Of a stretch of DNA of 64,000 nucleotides, positions 54,400-64,000 are shown one piece after another. A program made the position numbers and the translations under genes. Source of the DNA: Octopus vulgaris. Its lineage: Eukaryota. Location: NCBI GenBank assembly GCA_951406725.2, contig OX597819.1, positions 11,284,001-11,348,000 on the forward strand, in the 5' to 3' direction. Numbering within the stretch: the first letter of the stretch is position 1; every line of letters starts with the position of its first letter. The notes beneath the pieces were generated by a model. The model had not been told where the DNA came from, did no database searches, and was given only the letters and a program-made list of their open reading frames with translations.

Positions 54400-55098
54400 A
54401 GACATCGCACAGTGTACAATATGGCGAGGTTCTTGATTGAAGACATTGTGTACTGTCCGTCAAGTCACAACATGGACCCCAGACATACGGTACCCTACGA
54501 AATATCTGTGCAGTTCGCAGTAATGCCGAATTATGCTATACACCTAGATTGTAGGGTATTTCTAAAGTTTTCAGATGTTTCTTCAGATTGTTGGGTGGGT
54601 GGGTATTGAACTCAATGTTCCACTGGCAATAGGGATAACCTTTATGTTTGACTCTCGTAGCTGCCATATTTTATCGATCTCAATTCTCAGGTCTCCATAT
54701 TTATCAACCTTTTCTCTTTCTTTCATGATGATATGTTGATCTCCTGGCACTGCCACGTCGATTATTAGGCACTCCTGTTTGTTCATCCTAAAGATTACTA
54801 TATCCGGCCTTCGGTGCTCTAACATCTTGTCTTCTGGAAGTCAAAGTGCCAGGAGGGTTTTTAGCTTTCCCCTTTTCGTCCATTACCTTTTCCGGTAAAT
54901 GTTGGTACCAAACATCCGTAAAATCATATCCATACTTCGGCATAGTAGCCAGTGGAGGTTTTGGGCTACCTTGTCGTGTCTACCTTTGCACTCTTTCTGT
55001 ACAAGACTTTCACAAGCACTAACAATGTGAGTCACGCTTTCGACCCGCTTCCCACACATTCTGCAGAGATCCGTTGCTCTTATGTGATATATACTCTT
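54400..55098 (-). pseudogene. R4/Dong-like LINE 3' fragment between (ATT)n tracts
   Basis: CRMCGKRVESVTHIVSAC...RHDKVA; RPDIVI...IIDVAVP...KVDKYGDL. Confidence 0.82.
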
Positions 55099-55102
55099 TT
55101 CA

Positions 55103-55178
<76 letters not shown>

Positions 55179-55334
55179 CATTATTATTATTATTATTATT
55201 ATTCGGCGGACTTTGCAGTGTGTCTCAAGAGCCGAGAGTTTCGTGCATTGGCGTATGAAAAAACTCTTCTTTTGATCACACTGTATTTTCAGCCGACTAA
55301 TAACAATAAGAATAAGAATATTAATATCAATATC

Positions 55335-55398
<64 letters not shown>

Positions 55399-55544
55399 TG
55401 TACATATACATGTACATACACATCAAATCGTAAACGTGCACAAACACATGTATTCACGCAATATCACATTCATGTGCATGAGTAATATATGCTTGTAGGT
55501 TATGTGTTATATGCTTGTATGTGTGTCTGTACGTATGGGCATGA

Positions 55545-55616
<72 letters not shown>

Positions 55617-56534
55617 TCATGCGCAATCGTACATACACACATACATGCATATTACATATACCATATAACCTACAAGCATATGATTTTGGTTATACTTTCC
55701 CCCAAGAAGCGATCAAAATGGTTGATTATGTCACAATGTCTACAGAAGATATAAGCCTGAGATTAGCATTCTACTCCGACATGTTGTCGAGGTATAACCT
55801 TTCATTGTGACATAATGTTGTTACTAAAACAATATACAAAGTGAGCCAGGGGGAAAGGGTAGACTACGATAAATATAGATTACACATTCGGCAGTGAAAA
55901 CATACATGCGTTTTAACACAAGGAATGTTAGTGGAACATTCCCATGAAAACCTCCACCAAGTGCAAACATAACAGGCCACATATATTTGTTTGGGAGGGA
56001 AAGAAAATTATGTTCAGTCATAAACGTCAGCTGCCCAGCAGATGTGAACGGTTTTTATAAAATCTCTATGAAAGAGAAACGGAATGTTTACATACAACTG
56101 CTTCGAAGCTAACAGCTTCTCTACCCAGGTTATAAATTCAAATTCATATACATGATTACTGGTGCACATGACTCTCTTACGAAATGACTAATTAGCCATC
56201 GCTAGAAGTAGAAGTTTTCAGGCAAGGAATGTGGCCAGCTAACATGCACTTCGCAAAAAGAAAAACAGCAGAAAGCTCTTTTAACTGCGTAAAATTACGT
56301 AATACTCCTCTCTAGTCCAACACCATTTATCTTTTCACTGTTGCTGCTTCTTTAATCGTAAAAGTTCGTTGTTTTAAAAAAGAATTCAAATAATTAAAGT
56401 AAAGAGAGTATAGACATGTATGCAGATAGGTATACAAAGTCAGCCATCTTGTATTGAGTATTTTATAAAATTTTTCACCCAAAGATTGAAAACTAATTAC
56501 GGAGACCGGACCCTTATGGCAATACAATGCTAGA

Positions 56535-56918
56535 GTGGAGGCGCAATGGCCCAGTGGTTAGGGCAGCGGACTCGCGGTCGTAGGATCGCGGTTTCGATTC
56601 CCAGACCGGGCGTTGTGAGTGTTTATTGAGCGAAAACACCTAAAGCTCCACGACGCTCCGGCAGGGGATGGTGGTGATCCCTGCTGTACTCTTTCACCAC
56701 AACTTTCTCTCACTCTTACTTCCTGTTTCTGTTGTACCTGTATTTCAAGGGGCCGGCCTTGTCACTCTCTGTGTCACGCTGAATATCCCTGAGAACTACG
56801 TTAAGGGTACACGTGTCTGTGGAATGCTCAGCCACTTACACGTTAATTTCACGAGCAGGCTGTTCCGTTGATCGGATCAACCGGAACCCTCGTCGTCGTA
56901 ACCGACGGAGTGCTTCCC
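56535..56918 (+). mobile_element. SINE family B
   Basis: TSD acaatgctagagt at 56524-56536 and 56919-56931. Confidence 0.95.
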
Positions 56919-57140
56919 ACAATGCTAGAGTTAACGCGCAAACACACGCATAAAAACATTAACATGTAGCTACTGACATTTTTTTTAAAAATCCCTTATT
57001 ATCTAACGATTACAATTTGACTGCGTCAAGTAAATGAACACGTGACTGCTGAGGCATAATGCTTAACATTGAAGAACCCTTTGATGGGGCAGTCTACACG
57101 AATTCAGTCCGTCTAAATTAAACAACAGAAATCCAAATAT

Positions 57141-57288
57141 ATTCTTTTCTACTCTAGGCACAAGGCCCGAAGTTTTAGAGGAGGAGGCCAGTCGATTAGA
57201 TCAACCTCAGTACGCAACTGGTACTTAATTAATCGACCCCCGAAAGGATGAAAAGCAAAGTCGACCTCGGCGGAATTTGAACTCAGAA
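57141..57288 (-). mobile_element. SINE C2, headless
   Basis: Homology to C core and C2 tail. Confidence 0.8.
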
Positions 57289-57453
57289 AGAAATTCAAAT
57301 GTATTCAATCCAAATTTTGATAATGAGGCTGTGAAGGTCTAGAAACTTCGGATATAGATGTAGAAACTCCAATCCAACAGTAAAAAGCTAAAAACAAAAT
57401 ATAAAACATATTATAACTGTGTGAGTGTGTGTGTGTGTATGTATGTATGTTTG

Positions 57454-57484
<31 letters not shown>

Positions 57485-57662
57485 TCATACACATATGCAT
57501 ACCTATATATATCTGTGTATGAGTATGGAGCTATAACATGGCTCCCACCTCCCACTAAAGATAAGAAAGCTTTCTCCAACACACGTACTCCTACCTAACG
57601 ATACACCAGAATTCTTCCTAGATTAGCATGACCAAAATCGACATGAATCTCATCCTGTACAA

Positions 57663-57713
<51 letters not shown>

Positions 57714-58359
57714 GCACACGCACCTCCATGTAACCCCTTCTCCATCTACAGACCGACAAATACCATCGATACAACGCCTGCTAAGTACCGTCCCTTTCCA
57801 AGCAATCATCACCACCATTCTACAAGAAATCTATTTTCGAGATAAACGCTAAACTATTTGAAACATGGACAAACGCTGTACAGTCTCTTTTGACTCCTTT
57901 TATCTTTCTCCTTAAATCTCGTTTTATCTCGTGTCGTCACGTGTGTTATATTCCATCCACACCTTGTTTCTTAATGTACTTACTTGTTTTCCTTCTTTTG
58001 TTCTTTACACTTTTTTGAGGGGAGGGGTTACTCAGATTTGGCGTATAACACGAGTGTATATAAATGGAATTGAGGAAGATTTTTCATTTTTCTCTATTTT
58101 TTCCATTTTTTTTTAATACCTTTTTTTATTCGCATAGGTGCAGGCGTGGCTGTGTGTTAAGTAGCTTGTTTCCCAATCACAAGGTTCCGGGTTCAGTCCC
58201 ACTGCATGTCACCTTCGGCAAATGTCTTCTACTATAGCCTTTGAAACAGATAAAACGATATTTGTGTGAGGCCACACTCTACGGGAGAAGTGCAGTAAAA
58301 AAAATCCAGGCTCTAAATTCTTACTTGTCCTTCTTTTAATCACTAATTACAGACAAGAA

Positions 58360-58975
58360 GTCGGCGAGCTGGCGGAATCGTTAAAACGCTGGGCGAAATA
58401 CTTAGCGGTGTTTTCGCCCGTCCTTACGTTTTGAATTCAAATTCCGCCGAGATCGACTTTGCTTTTCAACATTTCGGGTTCGATGAAATAAGTACCAGTT
58501 CTGCAATGGGGGTCAATATAATCGGTGGAGGCGCAATGGCCCAGTGGTTAGGGCAGCGGACTCGCGGTCGTAGGATCGCGGTTTCGATTCCCAGACCGGG
58601 CGTTGTGAGTGTTTATTGAGCGAAAACACCTAAAAAGCTCCACGAGGCTCCGGCAGGGATGGTGGTGATCCCTGCTGTACTCTTTCACCACAACTTTCTC
58701 TCACTCTTACTTCCTGTTTCTCTTCTACCTGTATTTCAAGGGGCCGGCCTTGTCACTCTCTGTGTCACGCTGAATATCCCTGAGAACTACGTTAAGGGTA
58801 CACGTGTCTGTGGAATGCTCAGCCACTTACACGTTAATTTCACGAGCAGGCTGTTCCGTTGATCGGATCAACCGGAACCCTCGTCGTCGTAACCGACGGA
58901 GTGCTTCCATCCAATATAATCGACTAGCCCCCACCCCCAAAATTTCAGGCCTCGTGCCTTTAGTAGAAAGGATCA
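58360..58975 (+). mobile_element. SINE B (58525-58911) nested in SINE C2
   Basis: TSD caatataatcg at 58514-58524 and 58912-58922; the C2 tail resumes afterwards. Confidence 0.92.
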
Positions 58976-59084
58976 ATGAGAGACAAAGTTTTTAACTCAG
59001 GTCCTATTGGGACGTTGCCTGTTATGTTAGTAACCCAAACGATTTGGCTACCTGGCCGCTTTTACCAATAAAATTAATATTCGT

Positions 59085-59265
59085 TCTAAATTTGGGCACA
59101 AGGCCAGCAATTTCGAGAGAGGGCAAATCGATTCCATCGACTCAGTGCTCGACTGGTTTATTTTATCGACCCCGTAAACGATAAAAGACAAGGTCGACCT
59201 CGGCAGAATTTGAAGTCAAAAGTAAGCATTTTTGCCCGGCGTGAAATGAATTCTACCAGCTCGCT
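59085..59265 (-). mobile_element. SINE C2, diverged
   Basis: Homology to C2 copies. Confidence 0.75.
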
Positions 59266-59366
59266 TTGCAAATATAATTAATATTGCCATCATCATCATC
59301 ATCATAATCATCATCGTTGTCACTCACTATACAACAACCAGTCAATGGCTTTCTCTGCACAGAGTA

Positions 59367-59402
<36 letters not shown>

Positions 59403-59658
59403 ACGCATGTATATATATATACATACATGGCCACACAGACACACACACACATATATATGTAGGTATATATAGAGATATATATAGATATATCGTAACCCCG
59501 AGAACTTATGGTGAAAAACGAGATTTTGGGTCTTACTGAAATTGATCTTCGTTCGTTATCTGTTGGGTACTGTTGGGTATAAATGTAATGTTATATATAT
59601 ATATATACATATATATATAAATGTAATATTTGCATGTATGTTTATATATGTATGTGCG

Positions 59659-59756
<98 letters not shown>

Positions 59757-60517
59757 ATTTCAAATGTTGCCTATATACTGACATTTCATTCTTACCGGAA
59801 TTTTGACAACAAACCTCAAGTGGGCTGAGCGCTTTATTCTTCTTCACTGAGGTCAGACATTGTTGAACGCTACAATGGGCCTTAATTTCTGCGAAATATT
59901 GTAATAAAATACTTGGTGTCAATAAGTTATAATTACAGTTCTCATTATGATAATATGATGCTAATTAAGACATAGATTAATGGCGTCAGGAATGTTCTAG
60001 ATGTTTTCATTGAGGCACGTTTCTTGCCCATGTAAATAATTTGGCGTCTTCAAATTCCAGGCTATGACGAAAGCTCTTCTCTTCTTCTTATTGTTGTTAT
60101 TGTCATCGTTGATGTTATTGTTGTTGATTTTCTGCTCACGTGACCAAGCTGTTTGTCATGAGTGTCATCTTATAAAGTGACATTGTGTGATTAGTCATAC
60201 ATTTTGTACAAAACAAACCCGCACCCTGCATCCGTATGGCACCACTCAGCTTTTGACATTCTTGCATTCTTGAGTCATGTCTTCATTCTGTATTTTCTAA
60301 CACAGTTTAAAACACCCGAACCTATTTATCTGGCGGCATAAGTTCAATCGCCCGGCTCACGGGTAATTGATAATTTCTAGGCTTCTTGCTACCAACCAAT
60401 ATCATTAGCCACCACCACCACCACCGCCAACATCATCATCCCCATCACATCCACAAAACCACCCAACATCACTATCACAAATATCACCCACCACAAGCAA
60501 AGCTATCGTATTTGTTT

Positions 60518-61066
60518 GAGCTAAACATAGAAGGAACAAACGGATTACGTCGATTACATCGACCCCAGTGCGTAACTGGTACTTAATTTATTGAACCCGA
60601 AATGATGAAAAGCAAAGTCGACCTCGACGGAATTTGAACTCAGAACGTAAAGACAGACGAAATACCTATTTCTTTACTACCCACAAGGGGCTAAACACAG
60701 AGAGAACAAACATGGATAGACAAACGGATTAAGTCGATTATATCGACCCAGTGCGTAACTGGTACTTATTTAATCGACCCCGAAAGGATGAAAGGCAAAG
60801 TCGACTTCGGCGGAATTTGAACTCAGAACGTAAAGACAAACGAAATACCTATTTCTTTATTACCCACAAGGGGCTAAACAAGGACAGACATAGGTATTAA
60901 GTCGATTACATCGACCCCAGTGCGTAACTGGTACTTAATTTATCGACCCGAAAGGATGAAAGGCAAAGTCGACCTCGGCGGCATTTGAACTCAGAACGTA
61001 AAGACAGACGAAATACCGCTAAGCATTTCTCCCGGCGTGCTAACGTTTCTGCCAGCTCGCCACCTT
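60518..61066 (-). mobile_element. SINE C trimer (one head plus two headless units)
   Basis: Junction gaaatacctatttc at 60659-60672 and 60842-60855. Confidence 0.9.
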
Positions 61067-61183
61067 AGCAAAGTCAACTACACCCTCGACCCCCAAAATC
61101 ACCCCCACTCCCACCATCACTACCACATATCATCATCATCTACACACCAACCATCTCCTACAAAATAATTGATATGAGGGTCT

Positions 61184-61571
61184 GGTGGAAGCACTCCGTC
61201 GGTTATGACGACGAGGGTTCCGGTTGATCCGAATCAACGGAACAGCTTGCTCGTGAAATTAACGTGTAAGTGACTGAGCACTCCACAGACACGTGTACCC
61301 GTAACGTAGTTCTCGGGGATATTCAGCGTGACACAGAGAGTGACAAGGCCGGCCCTTTGAAATACAGGTACAACAGAAACAGGAAGTAAGAGTGAGAGAA
61401 AGTTGTGGTGAAAGAGTACAGCAGGGATCACCACCACCCCCTGCCGGAGCCTCGTGGAGCTTTTAGGTGTTTTCGCTCAATAAACACTCACAACGCCTGG
61501 TCTGGGAATCGAAACCGCGATCCTATGACCGCGAGTCCGCTGCCCTAACCACTGGGCCATTGCGCCTCCAC
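61184..61571 (-). mobile_element. SINE family B
   Basis: TSD gatatgagggtct at 61171-61183 and 61572-61584. Confidence 0.95.
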
Positions 61572-62037
61572 GATATGAGGGTCTAGAACGTCTTTGATCA
61601 AAGATTGTTGAATCTGCTGGAAATAACAGGTTAATCTCCGACACTTCGCCATCTGCCGACTTGTAAAACGAAAGATACAATAATACACCTTGTCTAAGGA
61701 ATGAAAAACAAAACAAAAAGATAAACAAGATGGCCATGGATAGAACGTCTTTGATCATAAACCTGCTCTATTAGTGCTACCTGAGTGCGTAAAAAGCAGC
61801 AACAGCAATAACAACAACAACAACAGCAGCTGAAGCCAGCAATAAGAAGCAAGCAACCAACAGGCACCGACAGAAACTCGATGAGAAGTTGCACACAGAA
61901 CCGTGTGTGACGTCATTGAACAAAAAGAGAATTGTACGGAACGGGTTTTCCGTTCGTTTCACAGAAGACGTGAATAGTTTCGCATTAGATTTTCTGTTAG
62001 TGAGTCAGTTCGAAAACTGGACAACTGCCCTTCTATG

Positions 62038-62104
<67 letters not shown>

Positions 62105-62206
62105 CTGTGGCACAGCATTGCATGCATGCTTCACTGTCTGTGCGTCGGTCTCACACTCTGGCTGCCTGTCTGAGTGTGTGGATTTAGATAAATGCATGTA
62201 TCTATC

Positions 62207-62247
<41 letters not shown>

Positions 62248-62365
62248 GTTTAATTCTCATTGGGCCTCCTGTGAATGTTTGGCATTTTCTCTACAAAAAC
62301 ATATGTATATTTGTAAGAATGACTATATGTATACACTTCTCTCAATCTACGCATGCATGTATAAG

Positions 62366-62397
<32 letters not shown>

Positions 62398-62529
62398 GTA
62401 TATATATATAATATAGGTATATATATATAATATATATAGGTACATACATATATATAATATATATAGGTACATACATATATATAATATATATAGGTATATA
62501 TATATATATATATATATACACAATATATA

Positions 62530-62624
<95 letters not shown>

Positions 62625-63002
62625 CACTCTCATACATATATATATATATGCATACATATATAAGAGAGAATGATGTGTGTGTGTGTGTATGTGTCTGAGT
62701 ATGTGTGTATACTTACAATCATATACTTGTGTCGTGTATCTGTGTGACTGAACTCACACACACACACACACAATTGCATAGAATAACCCCCATACAGCAA
62801 CCGCCCCCGTAGGTCAAGCCACCTTCCCCCCCCCCTATCCCCACTAACTTCTTCTCCAAACAAAGCTACCTCTTCTGTCAGACATATTTCTATTATCTCT
62901 CACCTGTTTCCGCCATTCACTTTGTTCATTGCAGCGAAGTGAAGAAGTTATGTTGGAGATTATTACGTAATGTACAATACATCGTCAAAAGTATTATCTA
63001 AG

Positions 63003-63168
63003 TGTGCAAGTGTAGCTGTGTGGTAAGAATCTTGCTTAACAACCACATGGTTCTGGGTTCAGTCCCGCTGCGTGGTACCTTGGGCAAGTGTCTTCTACTA
63101 TAGCCTCGGACCGACGATAGCCTTATGAGTGGATTTGTAGGCGGAAACTGAAAGAAGCCCGTCGTGTA
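63003..63168 (+). mobile_element. SINE A 5' half (another partial copy at 58136-58240)
   Basis: Homology up to the internal microsatellite. Confidence 0.85.
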
Positions 63169-63174
63169 TCCATG

Positions 63175-63221
<47 letters not shown>

Positions 63222-63314
63222 TTATATATATGTAAAACGGTAAGATAACAAAAGAAAGAAAGAGACCTCAATATTATGTAAATAGAGGAAATTTATAGTT
63301 ATTTCCCTTACAAA

Positions 63315-63343
63315 CCCGAGCAACGCCGGGCGATACTGCTAGT
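63315..63343 (+). mobile_element. Helitron 3' terminus
   Basis: Hairpin cccgagcaacgccggg, 8 nt, then CTAG followed by T. Confidence 0.65.
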
Positions 63344-63675
63344 TGTATATAGAACACTATTCAGGCAATGATGGATGCAATTGTACAATACGTAGCCTGG
63401 CAGCGGGTATTGCTCTGCAGCGTGCTGTGAAACACCTCGGTAGTAATTTAATGAAAGTTATAGCCACAATGAATGATGTAAAGTCGATTTCAAGTTTTGG
63501 CAGAAGGCCAAAGATTTCGGGGAGGGGATTAATCAAGATCATATCGAAATGATGAAAGGCAAAATCAACATGGGTGGAATTTGAACTAAGACGGAGAAAT
63601 ACTAGTAAACATTTTGCCAGGCTTGCTAACGATTCTTCAGGGTCGTCGCTTTAGCAGAGGTGTAATATTAGTTAT

Positions 63676-64000
63676 GTGGAGGCGCAATGGCCCAGTGGTT
63701 AGGGCAGCGGACTCGCGGTCATAGGATCGCGGTTTCGATTCCCAGACCGGGCGTTGTGAGTGTTTATTAAGCGAAAACACCTAAAGCTCCACGAGGCTCC
63801 GGCAGGGGATGGTGGTGATCCCTGCTGTACTCTTTCACCACAACTTTCTCTCACTCTTACTTCCTGTTTCTGTTGTACCTGTATTTGAAAGGGCCGGCCT
63901 TGTCACTCTCTGTGTCACGCTGAATATCCCCGAGAACTACGTTAAGAGTACACGTGTCTGTGGAGTGCTCAGCCACTTGCACGTTAATTTCACGAGCAGG
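63676..64000 (+). mobile_element. SINE family B, runs off the window
   Basis: Homology to the family B copies. Confidence 0.93.

Noticed and set aside
55700-55795. Possible exon MVDYVTMSTEDISLRLAFYSDMLSR
   Set aside because: Weak splice sites and no recognisable homology.
56668-56871. Recurrent ORFs such as MVVIPAVLFHHN... and SVSVYQIHSQG...
   Set aside because: Chance frames inside SINE B and SINE A copies, with variable frameshifts.

Overview
AT-rich, repeat-dense eukaryotic intronic or intergenic DNA. The SINE repertoire and microsatellite load suggest an octopus (coleoid cephalopod) genome; this is inference. I found no intact host protein-coding gene, and almost all ORF-track entries are microsatellite or SINE artefacts. 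Content: (i) about 35 copies of three tRNA-headed SINE families (called A, B, C here), several with clean 11-17 bp target-site duplications (TSDs); (ii) two Penelope-like (PLE) retroelement remnants, one RT+GIY-YIG and one GIY-YIG only; (iii) five restriction-like-endonuclease LINE fragments (R4/Dong-like, mostly at (TAA)n), one L1/Tx1 fragment and one RTE fragment; (iv) mariner, DD37D, hAT, TcMar-MITE and Helitron remnants. The most striking signal is about 25 minimal type-I hammerhead ribozyme (HHR) motifs, 16 with an intact CUGANGA/GAAA core. They sit in many short non-coding modules lodged in microsatellites, often as inverted or tandem repeats. They include a tRNA-headed, SINE-like element with an HHR tail and a triplicated ~210-bp fold-back HHR unit. 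This looks like a community of non-autonomous, ribozyme-bearing elements mobilised by microsatellite-associated PLEs. All alignments and folds were done by eye.
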